Assembly (NCBI GenBank): GCA_964499985.1
Contig: CAZCMX010000004.1
Location: 1 to 62,589 of the forward strand
Direction of reading: 5' to 3'
DNA: 62,589 nucleotides
Origin: an uncultured Mageeibacillus sp.
GTDB lineage: Bacteria > Bacillota > Clostridia > Saccharofermentanales > UBA5734
Each line of letters starts with the position of its first letter. Position 1 is the stretch's first letter. This document shows, one piece after another, positions 28,244 to 38,088 of the stretch. The notes under the pieces were generated by a model. It was not told where the DNA came from. It worked only from the letters and a program-made list of their open reading frames with translations, and searched no databases. A program made the position numbers and the translations under genes.

Positions 28244-30521
28244 GGATGGCCTTGATCCGGCCCATGACCCGGTCGAACTGATTCTGGCTCGACACCTCGA
28301 TGGTCATGACCAGGGTGGCGGTGACATCCTTCATCGCGGTCAGCTTGCCCGACAAAATGGATACTTTTTCCTCGGCAATGGCATTGGAAACGTCCGCCAG
28401 CAGGTGGCGGCGGTCACGGGCGACGATTTTGAGCTCGACCTGGTAGGTCGAATTACCGCCGTCCTTGGCCCAGGCCACATCAATCAGGCGCGAGGCCTTT
28501 TCGGCGGTCGTTGCCGAACCGGATGCATTTTCCAGCAATTGACGGATATTGCTGCAGTCGGTGCGATGAACCGCGACGCCCTTGCCCCGAGTGACAAAGC
28601 CAATGATCGGATCGCCGGGGACCGGGCTGCAGCAGCGCGACAGGCGGACCAGGCAGTTGTCGATGCCCTTGACGACGACGCCCTGGTCATAACGCGAGGT
28701 TTTTTGCTTGCCGGCCGGACGGGATATCGTCTGGGTGCCATCCTCGTCCTCGAGCGGATTGGCCTGGGGACTGTAGATCACCTGGCCGGAAGGGCTGATC
28801 CGGTAGCCGAGCCGGGTCCGCTCATCTTCCGGCAGGCTGCGGATATATTCATCGCGCAGGCGCGGGACAATTTTACCGGCCGACAGGCCCCCGTAGCCAA
28901 TCGCCGCATACAAGTCATCCAGCGTGCTCAGGGTATAGCGCCGGTACAGCGCCTCGAGGAAATCTGCTTTCAGCAGCTGGGCATGGGAAAATCCAGTCTT
29001 CTTGATTTCCCGCTCGACGATTTCCTTGCCACGCAGGACATTTTCCTCGCGCATCTCCTTTTTAAACCATTGGCTGATCTTGTTGCGCGCCGAGGTGGAC
29101 TTGACGATCTTGAGCCAGTCCCGGCTCGGCCCATGGACTTTCTCCGAGGTGAGAATTTCGACAATATCGCCATTTTTCAGCTCATAGGTCAGAGGGACAA
29201 TCCGGCCATTGACCTTGGCCCCGTACATGCGATTGCCGATGCCGCTGTGGATATTGTAGGCAAAATCGATCGGGCAGGAGCCAGCGGGCAGGGACCGGAC
29301 TTCACCCTTGGGTGTGAAGACAAAGACCTCATCGGCAACCAGGCCACTTTTCAAGGTCTCCATGAATTCACCGGCATCCCGCATGTCCTTTTGCCATTCG
29401 AGCAGCTGGCGCAGCCAGGTCAGCTTGCCTTCGAAATTGTCGGCATTTCCTGCGGCAGCCTTGGCCGGGCCTTCCTTGTAGCGCCAGTGGGCGGCGATGC
29501 CGTATTCGGCGGTGCGGTGCATGGCCAGGGTCCGGATCTGGACCTCGAAAGGGATCCCCTTGGGGCCGATCACCGTGGTATGCAAGGACTGGTACATATT
29601 GGGCTTGGGCATCGCGATATAGTCCTTGAAGCGGCCGGGCATCGGCTTGTACAGCTCATGGACCAGGCCCAGGACAGCATAGCAGTCGGCAACCGTATTG
29701 ACGATGATCCGGGTGGCGAACAGGTCATAGATCTGTTCGAGCTCCTTGCCCTGGGACTGCATCTTGCGATAGATGCTGTAGAAATGCTTGGGCCGGCCTT
29801 CGATATCTGCTTCGATGCCCATCTCGCGGATCTTGTTCTGGAGCTGGACGACGACGTCTTCCAGATATTGCTCCCGTTCGGAGCGCTTCTGTGAGATCGC
29901 ACCGACCAGCTCATAATAGGCATTGCGGTCGATATAGCGCAGGCAAAGATCTTCAAGCTCCCACTTGATTTTATAGATGCCCAGGCGATGGGCCAGCGGC
30001 GCATAGATATCGAGCGTTTCGCGGGCTTTCTCCTGCTGCTTTTCCGGTGACATATGCTTCATCGTCCGCATATTGTGCAGGCGGTCCGCCAGCTTGATCA
30101 GGACGACGCGGATATCCTTGGCCATCGCCAGAAACATTTTGCGGAAATTTTCCGCCTGGATCTCTTCCTTGGATGAATAGGGGATCCGGCCCAGCTTGGT
30201 CACCCCATCCACCAGGGCCGCGACATCCTCGCCGAACCTCGATGCCAGCTCCTCATACGAGATGCCTGTGTCTTCAATCGTGTCATGCAGCAGGGATGCG
30301 ATCAGTGTATCGGCATCCACTTCGAGCTCCGTGAGGATTTCGGCCGTAGCCAGGGGGTGGATGATATAGGGTTCACCGGTGACGCGGCGCTGTTGCTCAT
30401 GCGCCGCCCGGGCAAACTCATAGGCATCGCGGATCCGCTGGCCATCATGCTGGCCTGAATAATCTTCATACAGGCGGATGATCCGCTGCAAAATCTCGTT
30501 GCTATTGTCATGATGGCTCAT
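28212..30521 (-). CDS. relA: bifunctional (p)ppGpp synthetase/hydrolase Rel (RelA/SpoT homologue)
   Basis: 769 aa with HD domain (HDTIEDT), synthetase (RFKDYIAMPKPNMYQSLHTTV), TGS and ACT regions. ATGA overlap with the recJ stop. Confidence 0.95.
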   Translation of the reverse strand: MSHHDNSNEILQRIIRLYEDYSGQHDGQRIRDAYEFARAAHEQQRRVTGEPYIIHPLATAEILTELEVDADTLIASLLHDTIEDTGISYEELASRFGEDVAALVDGVTKLGRIPYSSKEEIQAENFRKMFLAMAKDIRVVLIKLADRLHNMRTMKHMSPEKQQEKARETLDIYAPLAHRLGIYKIKWELEDLCLRYIDRNAYYELVGAISQKRSEREQYLEDVVVQLQNKIREMGIEADIEGRPKHFYSIYRKMQSQGKELEQIYDLFATRIIVNTVADCYAVLGLVHELYKPMPGRFKDYIAMPKPNMYQSLHTTVIGPKGIPFEVQIRTLAMHRTAEYGIAAHWRYKEGPAKAAAGNADNFEGKLTWLRQLLEWQKDMRDAGEFMETLKSGLVADEVFVFTPKGEVRSLPAGSCPIDFAYNIHSGIGNRMYGAKVNGRIVPLTYELKNGDIVEILTSEKVHGPSRDWLKIVKSTSARNKISQWFKKEMREENVLRGKEIVEREIKKTGFSHAQLLKADFLEALYRRYTLSTLDDLYAAIGYGGLSAGKIVPRLRDEYIRSLPEDERTRLGYRISPSGQVIYSPQANPLEDEDGTQTISRPAGKQKTSRYDQGVVVKGIDNCLVRLSRCCSPVPGDPIIGFVTRGKGVAVHRTDCSNIRQLLENASGSATTAEKASRLIDVAWAKDGGNSTYQVELKIVARDRRHLLADVSNAIAEEKVSILSGKLTAMKDVTATLVMTIEVSSQNQFDRVMGRIKAIRDIIEVHRGR

Positions 30522-32605
30522 GCGAGGCCTCCCTGGGCTTTGAGGTATTGGTAGGTCGGAGCATCCGACAGGCGGACCTTCTCCTGGTTGACCGGTGCGG
30601 CTGGCAAGGCAATCCGGGCCCGGTCCCGGCCCAGATACTGGAAAGACAGCAGCTGGCTTTCCGCAAACACCCTGAGGATCTGGACCAGCTTGAAGGCATT
30701 TAAAGACCGTTGATAGCTGCGGGCGATCCGGCGGGCCAAAAGGGACAGATCGGTCTGGACCGGATGCTGGGCATAGGCCGTCCGCAAATACTGGAAGGCG
30801 ATGACATAATCTTCACGGTCTGGCATGACGTCGTTCATGGACAAGCGGAACTGCTGGACCAGGCTGGGCAAGTCCGGCTGGCCCAGGACCAGGTCATCCG
30901 GGAAGGGCCAGCTGCGGTCGAATTCGGAAACCGCACTGGGATGGATATCCCTGACCTGGAGCTGGACGGTGCGGCGGCCATTGAATTCATTGAGCTCCAG
31001 GGCAAACAGGAGGTCGACTTCGTCGCCGACGGCGAACAGATCATCCGCCTGGCTGAAATTGAAGGCGATCCCGGTCAGTGGCCGCGCCTGTCCATTCGCC
31101 ACGGCAATCCGGACATGCTTGCCATTGCCGACCAGGCGCCATTCCGCCAGCTTGAGTCTGCGGCAGACCAGGAGCGGCTGCCGGTTGCCTTCGCCGAAGG
31201 GCGCCAGGTGTTGCAAGGCGACCGCATTGCTCTCGGTCAGGTCGGCGATCGTGACGAGGGCATCCGCGATCAGCTCTGGCCGGAAGGACAGGGCATCGGC
31301 CTGTTCTTGGGCATAGGCATTGACGCTGTCGCGGAAAGCGGCCAGGGAAGCCTCGTCCAGCTCTATGCCGGCTGCCTTGCGGTGGCCGCCAAATTTGACC
31401 GTCCACTGGGCCGCCGCACGGATCGCCTCCAGGATATCGAAATTGCCGCAGGTCCGGGCTGATCCCTTGAGCCGGCCGCCCTCGCCGCCCAGGACAATGA
31501 CCGGTCGGTGGTACAGGTCGACCAGACGTGAGCAGACGATGCCGACCACGCCGGTATGCCAGCCAGCGCGGGCGAGAATGATCAGGCTGGCTGTCGAGAA
31601 ATCAAAGTTGGATTCGATTTCGGTGATCGCCTCAGCCAGAATCGCGGCCTCGAGCGCCTGGCGCTGACTGTTTTGTTCCTGCAGGATCAGGGCCAGTTCA
31701 TGGGCCCTGACCGGATCGTCGGTCAAAAGGAGCTCGAGGGCGGGCATGGCCGCGCCCAGGCGGCCCGCAGCATTCAGGCGTGGCGCCAGGGTATAGCCGA
31801 TGGTGCTGGCATCGACCACCCGGTCGTTCTGGACACAGACCGCCAGTAATTCGGTCAGGCCAGGATGCAGGTGGCGATTGAGGGCATGCAGGCCCTGCTG
31901 GACCAGGATCCGGTTCTCATCCAGCAATGGCACGACATCTGCGACTGTACCGAGGGCAACCAGGGCATATTCGGCAGCTCCTGGCATTGGGATATGCAAG
32001 GTGGTGCACAAGGCCTGGATCAACTTGAAGGTCACCCCTGCCCCAGACAGGCTGGTTGTCGGATAGGCGGAGTCGCTTCGCTTGGGATTGACCACCGCCC
32101 GGGCCTGCGGCAGGATGGCGGGACATTCATGGTGGTCTGTAATGACCACCGCGATGCCTGCCGATTCCAGCTGCTCCACAGCACTGATGCTGGTCACACC
32201 GCAGTCAACCGTGATCAAGAGCCCGGCTGAGAGCGCCAGAGTGCGTTCCACGCTCGAATCGCTCAAGCCATAGCCATCGGCCAGGCGGTCTGGAATCAGG
32301 GGCTCACAGGCTATGCCGTTCTGGCGGAAGAATCGGACCAGCAAGGCGGTGGCAGTCAGGCCATCCACATCATAATCGCCGTGGATGACGATCCGCTCAC
32401 CGTTCTCGATCGCAGACCGGATCACCGCGCAGGCCTTGGCCATGTCAGGCAGCAGGAAGGGATCTTGCAGATGGCTGAGGTCTGGTTTCAGGAAACGCTC
32501 CCGCGCCATGCCGGCCTCCAGCTGGCGGGTCTTGAGAATCCGCTCGGGCAATGAGTCAGTGCCTGGATCTTCATCCAGGATCCGCCAGTCTTTTTGGATC
32601 AGCAT
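30518..32605 (-). CDS. recJ: single-stranded-DNA-specific exonuclease RecJ
   Basis: DHH motifs HGDYDVDGLTA, ITVDCG, VVITDHH, plus a DHHA1 region. recJ-rel adjacency is typical of Firmicutes. Confidence 0.85.
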   Translation of the reverse strand: MLIQKDWRILDEDPGTDSLPERILKTRQLEAGMARERFLKPDLSHLQDPFLLPDMAKACAVIRSAIENGERIVIHGDYDVDGLTATALLVRFFRQNGIACEPLIPDRLADGYGLSDSSVERTLALSAGLLITVDCGVTSISAVEQLESAGIAVVITDHHECPAILPQARAVVNPKRSDSAYPTTSLSGAGVTFKLIQALCTTLHIPMPGAAEYALVALGTVADVVPLLDENRILVQQGLHALNRHLHPGLTELLAVCVQNDRVVDASTIGYTLAPRLNAAGRLGAAMPALELLLTDDPVRAHELALILQEQNSQRQALEAAILAEAITEIESNFDFSTASLIILARAGWHTGVVGIVCSRLVDLYHRPVIVLGGEGGRLKGSARTCGNFDILEAIRAAAQWTVKFGGHRKAAGIELDEASLAAFRDSVNAYAQEQADALSFRPELIADALVTIADLTESNAVALQHLAPFGEGNRQPLLVCRRLKLAEWRLVGNGKHVRIAVANGQARPLTGIAFNFSQADDLFAVGDEVDLLFALELNEFNGRRTVQLQVRDIHPSAVSEFDRSWPFPDDLVLGQPDLPSLVQQFRLSMNDVMPDREDYVIAFQYLRTAYAQHPVQTDLSLLARRIARSYQRSLNAFKLVQILRVFAESQLLSFQYLGRDRARIALPAAPVNQEKVRLSDAPTYQYLKAQGGLA

Positions 32606-32646
32606 AGCCTTTCCCCCCTTTCCTGCACAAGTAGTTCAAGTATAGC

Positions 32647-32686
32647 AAAAGAGACTCGATACCGCGTGATATCAAGTCTCTTTTTT
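32647..32686. terminator. terminator after yqeY (A-run/T-run on both sides)
   Basis: AAAAGAGACT...AGTCTCTTTTTT with an inner GATA/TATC extension. Confidence 0.65.
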
Positions 32687-32704
32687 ACAGTACATTGGCG
32701 AGAA

Positions 32705-33151
32705 TCAGCCGAGCAGCCGTTTGACGATCGTATTGACCAGTTTGCCGTCCGCCTTGCCTTTGACATCTGGCATCAAGACCTTCATGACTGCGCCCATGTC
32801 GCGGGCCGAATGGGCATTGGCCGTCTCGATGGCCTTCCGGACCAGGACCTCAATCTCAGCTTCAGTGAGCTGGGCGGGCAGATAGGCCTCAATCAGAGCC
32901 ATCTCGGCCTTGTTTTTCTCCAGGATATCCGTGCGGTCAGATCCGGCCAGCTCCTGGACAGTCTCAGAGCGTTTCTTGTGCTCCTTGGCCAGGATTTCAA
33001 ATACCCCAGACTCATCGAGGGTGATCTGCTGGTCCTTTTCTACTTGCAAGACAGCAGCCCGGAGAATCTGCAGCAGATCCTTGCGCAGCGTATCTCTGGC
33101 CTTCATGGCATCTTTGAGATCTTCCAGCAATTTTTCCTTGATATTCATCAT
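32705..33151 (-). CDS. yqeY: GatB/YqeY domain protein
   Basis: MMNIKEKLLEDLKDAMKARDTLRKDLLQILRAAVLQVEKD...; rpsU-yqeY pairing. Confidence 0.8.
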   Translation of the reverse strand: MMNIKEKLLEDLKDAMKARDTLRKDLLQILRAAVLQVEKDQQITLDESGVFEILAKEHKKRSETVQELAGSDRTDILEKNKAEMALIEAYLPAQLTEAEIEVLVRKAIETANAHSARDMGAVMKVLMPDVKGKADGKLVNTIVKRLLG

Positions 33152-33154
33152 GGC

Positions 33155-33328
33155 TTAGCGCTTCCTTTTCCTGGCTGCTTCGGATTTCTTCTTGCGGCGA
33201 ACACTTGGCTTCTCATAATGCTCACGCTTGCGGACTTCGGCCAGAAGGCCGGAGCGTGCACAAGAACGCTTGAAACGACGTAGAGCACTGTCAAGGGTTT
33301 CGTTTTCTTTCACTCGAATTTCAGACAT
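33155..33328 (-). CDS. rpsU: 30S ribosomal protein S21
   Basis: Not in ORF track (57 aa). Manual translation: [68 protein letters not shown] upstream. Confidence 0.9.
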   Translation of the reverse strand: MSEIRVKENETLDSALRRFKRSCARSGLLAEVRKREHYEKPSVRRKKKSEAARKRKR

Positions 33329-33414
33329 TTATTTCACCCCCCTCAACAGCAGAATCCTGGCCAAATGACGCTGGCAGGCGCAAAAAGCCCTCAGGGCAAA
33401 ATGCAGCAGATAGG

Positions 33415-33444
33415 ATTATAAACGCTGGCCAGGTCTTTCGTCAA
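33415..33444 (-). promoter_or_regulatory. putative promoter of rpsU-yqeY
   Basis: Minus strand: TTGACG (33444-33439), 18 nt, TATAAT (33420-33415). Confidence 0.5.
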
Positions 33445-33506
33445 TGAAACTGCAGCAGGCAGGCGGGTCGTTTTTGGCGCTTTTCCGAACGTTTTTTCAC
33501 TGCAGA

Positions 33507-33857
33507 TCAGACGATCTGCTCGCCCAGAACCTTGCCGCCAAGCAGGTGGAAATGGACATGGTCGATGGTCTGGCCGGCATCGCGTCCGCAGTTATTGATC
33601 AGCCGGAAGCCGCTTGCCCGGATGCCGAGCCGTTCGGCCACTTGGGGAATCGCCCGCAGGACCTGGCCCAGGATGGCCTCGCCGGATTCATGGCTGGCCA
33701 GCGAATCGATGTCGCGGACATGCGTCTTCGGCACGATCAGGACATGGACCGGCGCCTGGGGATGCAGGTCATGAAAGGCGACCACCGCTTCATCTTCATA
33801 AATCAGCGGGGTCGGGATCTCTCCATGGGCCAGTTTGCAGAAAATACAGTCAGACAT
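33507..33857 (-). CDS. HIT-family (histidine triad) nucleotide-binding protein
   Basis: MSDCIFCKLAHGEIPT... and DHVHFHLLGG (HxHxHxx). AGGAGG lies before ATG 33857; the track ORF is extended to 33938. Confidence 0.85.
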   Translation of the reverse strand: MSDCIFCKLAHGEIPTPLIYEDEAVVAFHDLHPQAPVHVLIVPKTHVRDIDSLASHESGEAILGQVLRAIPQVAERLGIRASGFRLINNCGRDAGQTIDHVHFHLLGGKVLGEQIV

Positions 33858-33885
33858 GGTTTTCCTCCTGTGGGCAAGCGCCGCT

Positions 33886-36549
33886 TCAGAATCCGAGCTG
33901 GTTTCGGGCCAGACCGGCTGCTGCAGCCAATGCCGCATCGATCGCAGTCACATCCTTGCCGCCAGCCTGGGCCATGTCCGGCCGGCCACCACCACCGCCG
34001 CCGGTGATCCGGGCCGCCTCGCGGACCAGGTTGCCGGCATTGGCACCGGCCTTGACGGCTTCCGGGCTGGCCATCGCCACCAGGGCCACTTTGCCTTCCT
34101 GGCTGCTGGCCAGGACGATGACGGCCGGGGCGATTTTATCGCGCAGACGATCGGCTGCCTGGCGCAGCTGGTCGGCATCGGGGGTATCGAGACGGGCGGT
34201 GAGGATCTTGAACGGGCCGGCGACCAGGGCCTGGGCAGCAAGCTCATCGGCTGCACCGGCCGTCCGGCGAGCCTTTTCAGCTTCGATTTCCTTTTCCAGC
34301 TCGCGAGTCCGGTTCAGGAGAACCTCCACCCGGTGCGGGACTTCATGGGCTGGCGCTTTGACCAGGTGGCCCATCCGGGTCAGCAGCTCTTCCTGCTCCC
34401 TGACCCAGGCCAGGGCGGCCTGGCCGGTGATGCCCTCGATCCGGCGCACGCCGGCAGCGACACCGCTCTCGGAAACCAGGCGGAAGAAGCAGGCTTCGGC
34501 GGATTGTCTCAGATGCGTGCCGCCGCAAAGCTCCTGGCTGAAATCGCCAACCCGGACAACCCGGACCTGGTCACCATATTTTTCATCGAACAGGGCCATG
34601 GCGCCTGATTTGCGGGCCTCGTCGAGCGACATGACTTCGGTCTGGACAGCCAGATTGTCCAGGATCACCGAATTGACGATCTGCTCCACCTGGGCCTTTT
34701 CGGCAGCCGTCAGCGGCTGGTAATGCGTGAAGTCAAAACGCAGACGGTCAGCCGAAACCGATGACCCCGCCTGGGCGACATGATCGCCAAGCACCTGGCG
34801 CAGGGCCTTGTGCAGGATATGGGTCGTGGTATGGTTGCGCGCAGTCGCCAGGCGGGCTGTCCGGTCAACCGCCAGGGTGATGGTTTCATTCACGGCAAGG
34901 CTGCCGGACTCCACCAGCACCGTGTGGAGATACAGGCCCTCGGCGGTCTTGGTCGTGTCCAGGACCCTGGCCTGGCCATTGGGGCCGGTCAGCTGGCCGA
35001 CATCACCGGTCTGGCCGCCGGCTGCTGCATAAAATGGCGTACGGTCGGTGATCACCGTCACCTGCTGGTTTTCTACCGCCAGGTCGGAAAGGGCCAGGGT
35101 TTCGCTGGCCTCATCCGCCACGAGAATGGTTTTGATCCGGCCCTGATCCAGCAGTCTGTCATAGCCACTGAAAACGGTCGCCACCGTACGGTCGACCCCT
35201 TCCGGCAGGCTGCCCTGGCCCCAGGCCGAGCCGACTTTCTCGCGCAGCGCCTTGCGGGCCATCTCCTTTTGCCGGTTCATCTCGGCCCGGAAACCTTCTT
35301 CATCGATCTCGAGGCCCTGTTCTCCGGCGATTTCGCGGGTCAGGTCGAGCGGGAAGCCATAGGTGTCATGCAGCTTGAAAATCTCATCGCCGGAAAGCTG
35401 GGTCTTTCCTTCAGCTTTGGCTTTTTCAACCATCTGTTCAAGGATGGCTGTCCCCTGGGCGATGGTCTCGGCAAAGCGTTCTTCCTCGGTGCGGATGACT
35501 TTGGTGATATAGGACTGCCGGGTCTCGAGTTCCGGATAGGCCGACTTGGACTCGCGCACAACAATCGCACAGACATCATGCAGGAAGGGCTTGTCGATGC
35601 CGAGCAGGCGGCCAAACCGGGCCGCCCGGCGCAGCAGGCGGCGCAGGACATAGCCGCGGCCTTCATTGGACGGGATGATGCCGTCCGAAATCATCATCGT
35701 GGTGCTGCGGATATGGTCCGTGATGACCCGGATCGCCACATCGGTCTTCTCATCCTGGCCATACTGGACCTTGGCCTGGGCGCAGACATAATCCAGGATT
35801 GCCCGCACGGTGTCAACCTCAAACAGGTTTTGCACACCCTGCATGATGACAGCAAAACGCTCGAGGCCAGCGCCCGTGTCGATGTTTTTCTTGGCCAGCG
35901 GCGTATAGCTGCCATCCTCTTCCTTATTGAACTGGGTGAATACCAGGTTCCAGAATTCGACGAAGCGGTCACAATCACAGCCGACCTGGCAATCCGGCTT
36001 GTCACAGCCATACTGTTCGCCCCGGTCATAATAGATCTCCGAGCAGGGACCACAGGGGCCCGTGCCATGTTCCCAGAAATTGTCCGCCTTGCCGAGGCGG
36101 TAGATTTTCGCTTCCGGCAGGCCTACGTCCTGATGCCAGATGTCATAGGCCTCGTCATCATCCTGGTAAACGGTGACAAAGAGGCGTTCTTCGGGGATTT
36201 CCATGACCTTCGTGCAAAATTCCCAGGCCCAGGGAATGATTTCCTTTTTGAAATAATCGCCAAACGAAAAATTGCCCAGCATCTCGAAATAGGTGCCGTG
36301 GCGGCTGGTCTTGCCGACTCGCTCGATATCGGGTGTGCGGATGCATTTCTGGCAGGTCGTGACCCGGGGGGCCGGTGGAGTCTGGGCGCCCGTGAAATAC
36401 GGTTTCAAAGGGGTCATGCCCGCATTGATCAGAAGGATCGAAGGATCGTTCTTGGGCACCAGGGGAAAACTGGGCAGGCGCAGGTGCTCCTTCGATTCAA
36501 AGAAAGCCAGGAATTTCTCCCGGATGTCATTCAGGCTGAGTGGCTGCAT
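33886..36549 (-). CDS. alaS: alanine--tRNA ligase
   Basis: About 887 aa: MQPLSLNDIREKFLAFFESKEHLRLPSFPLVP... plus editing and DHHA1-like C-terminal regions. AAGGAG lies before ATG 36549. Confidence 0.95.
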   Translation of the reverse strand: MQPLSLNDIREKFLAFFESKEHLRLPSFPLVPKNDPSILLINAGMTPLKPYFTGAQTPPAPRVTTCQKCIRTPDIERVGKTSRHGTYFEMLGNFSFGDYFKKEIIPWAWEFCTKVMEIPEERLFVTVYQDDDEAYDIWHQDVGLPEAKIYRLGKADNFWEHGTGPCGPCSEIYYDRGEQYGCDKPDCQVGCDCDRFVEFWNLVFTQFNKEEDGSYTPLAKKNIDTGAGLERFAVIMQGVQNLFEVDTVRAILDYVCAQAKVQYGQDEKTDVAIRVITDHIRSTTMMISDGIIPSNEGRGYVLRRLLRRAARFGRLLGIDKPFLHDVCAIVVRESKSAYPELETRQSYITKVIRTEEERFAETIAQGTAILEQMVEKAKAEGKTQLSGDEIFKLHDTYGFPLDLTREIAGEQGLEIDEEGFRAEMNRQKEMARKALREKVGSAWGQGSLPEGVDRTVATVFSGYDRLLDQGRIKTILVADEASETLALSDLAVENQQVTVITDRTPFYAAAGGQTGDVGQLTGPNGQARVLDTTKTAEGLYLHTVLVESGSLAVNETITLAVDRTARLATARNHTTTHILHKALRQVLGDHVAQAGSSVSADRLRFDFTHYQPLTAAEKAQVEQIVNSVILDNLAVQTEVMSLDEARKSGAMALFDEKYGDQVRVVRVGDFSQELCGGTHLRQSAEACFFRLVSESGVAAGVRRIEGITGQAALAWVREQEELLTRMGHLVKAPAHEVPHRVEVLLNRTRELEKEIEAEKARRTAGAADELAAQALVAGPFKILTARLDTPDADQLRQAADRLRDKIAPAVIVLASSQEGKVALVAMASPEAVKAGANAGNLVREAARITGGGGGGRPDMAQAGGKDVTAIDAALAAAAGLARNQLGF

Positions 36550-36726
36550 AGTGGTTACGTCTCCTTGCCGGATGTTTGGTCCTTTGAGCATGGACCAGTC
36601 ATTATCCGGAATAGTTTACACGAATCAGCAAGACCGGGCAACTGCACCGCTGATCTGGTATTGCTTCTGCTTGGCCCGGGTTCCGGTCCTGGAGGGGTCC
36701 AACGGCAAATAATCTGTGATAAAATC

Positions 36727-36755
36727 TGGTTTGAACCAAAAACTGGATTGATCCA
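36727..36755. promoter_or_regulatory. twin palindromic operator-like sites TGGTT-tg-AACCA and CTGGAT-tg-ATCCAG
   Basis: Sites at 36727-36738 and 36743-36756, centres 17 bp apart. They sit just downstream of TGaTAAAAT (36717-36725) and 23-50 nt upstream of ATG 36779. Confidence 0.4.
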
Positions 36756-36778
36756 GACCTTGAAAGGGGTATCCCGAC

Positions 36779-38086
36779 ATGTCCCAACCATTATCCGAAG
36801 CCATTGAGTTGCAACTGAATGCGCGAGCCGCGTCTTTGGGTATCGCCCTGCCCACCCTTTATATTCCCCGGGCAGACATCGACCTGACCCGCTGGGCAGT
36901 CGTCGCCTGTGATCAGTATACGTCGCAGCCAGACTATTGGCAGCAGACTGAGGCCTGGGTCGGTGACGCCCCTTCCACGCTGCGCCTGGTCCTGCCGGAA
37001 ATCTATCTGGAGCAGCCAGGAGAACTATCGGTCGACAGCCGGATCACTCAGATCAACCAGGCCATGGCTGATTATCTGGACCAGGGCATTCTGGTTCCAC
37101 TCGAACCGGGCTGCATGCTCGTCGACCGGGCGACCCGCCTGCATCCGAGCCGCAAGGGCCTGGTTCTGGCCATTGACCTGGAACGGTATGATTTCCAGCC
37201 GGGCAACCGGGAGCTGACCCGGGCAACCGAGGGAACCGTCCTGGAGCGGATCCCGCCGCGCCAGGCGATCCGCAAAAATGCCCTGCTGGAATTGCCACAT
37301 GTCCAGCTCCTGATTGATGATCCGGACCATAGTGTCATCGAGCCGCTTTATGCCGCTGTGGCCAATCGCCCCCCCTGCTATGCAACTGAATTGCCCCAGG
37401 GTGGCGGGTCTGTCCGGGGCTGGCCGATCGTCGCCCAGGACAGCCTTCTGGTCCAGGCTATGACGGCACTCGGCCAGCTGGCCTCCCTGCGGGAGCATGG
37501 CCTGCTCTTTGCCGTCGGCGACGGCAATCATTCCCTGGCCACCGCCAAAGCGCACTGGAACAGCATCAGGGAGACGGCCAGCCCGGATCATCCGGCCCGG
37601 TTCGCTCTGGTGGAGGTCATCAATATCCATGATGAGGGTCTTGATTTCGAACCGATCCACCGGGCGGTCTTCAATGTCGATTTCGAATTGTTCTTGAGCC
37701 ATGCCGGGCGCTATTTTGCCAGGCACCAGGCCTCACCGGCTAAGCCAGAGCAATTCCGGATCGAGACAGTGCCGGTCTTTGGTCCCGGCTTCAAGACAGA
37801 GCTGTCCGTGCCGGTCCAGTCAGGCGAGCTTCTGGTCGGCGTCGTCCAGGCCATGCTCGATGATCTGGTCCTGCGGCATCCGGAGGTCAGACTCGACTAT
37901 ATCCATGGTGAAACGGTTATTGCGGATCTGGCCAGCCAGGGTGCCATCGGTCTGCTCTTGCCCACTCTGGAAAAGTCGCAGTTTTTTGGCATCATCGCCC
38001 GGGACGGCATTTTACCGCGCAAAACCTTCTCCATGGGTGAAGCGTTTGAAAAGCGCTACTATTTCGAAAGCCGGCGGATCCGCTGA
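36779..38086 (+). CDS. conserved hypothetical protein, probably DUF1015 family
   Basis: 435 aa, soluble. The WAVVACDQYTSQPDYW and FAVGDGNHSLATAKAHW segments resemble my memory of DUF1015 proteins. No catalytic family recognised. Confidence 0.5.
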   Translation: MSQPLSEAIELQLNARAASLGIALPTLYIPRADIDLTRWAVVACDQYTSQPDYWQQTEAWVGDAPSTLRLVLPEIYLEQPGELSVDSRITQINQAMADYLDQGILVPLEPGCMLVDRATRLHPSRKGLVLAIDLERYDFQPGNRELTRATEGTVLERIPPRQAIRKNALLELPHVQLLIDDPDHSVIEPLYAAVANRPPCYATELPQGGGSVRGWPIVAQDSLLVQAMTALGQLASLREHGLLFAVGDGNHSLATAKAHWNSIRETASPDHPARFALVEVINIHDEGLDFEPIHRAVFNVDFELFLSHAGRYFARHQASPAKPEQFRIETVPVFGPGFKTELSVPVQSGELLVGVVQAMLDDLVLRHPEVRLDYIHGETVIADLASQGAIGLLLPTLEKSQFFGIIARDGILPRKTFSMGEAFEKRYYFESRRIR

Positions 38087-38088
38087 GC

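Noticed and set aside
28164-36807. 576-aa ORF antisense to rel (28164-29894), 250-aa ORF antisense to recJ, and 675-aa ORF antisense to alaS (34780-36807).
   Set aside because: Same reasoning: they lie opposite highly conserved genes, with no motifs, no RBS and a biased composition.
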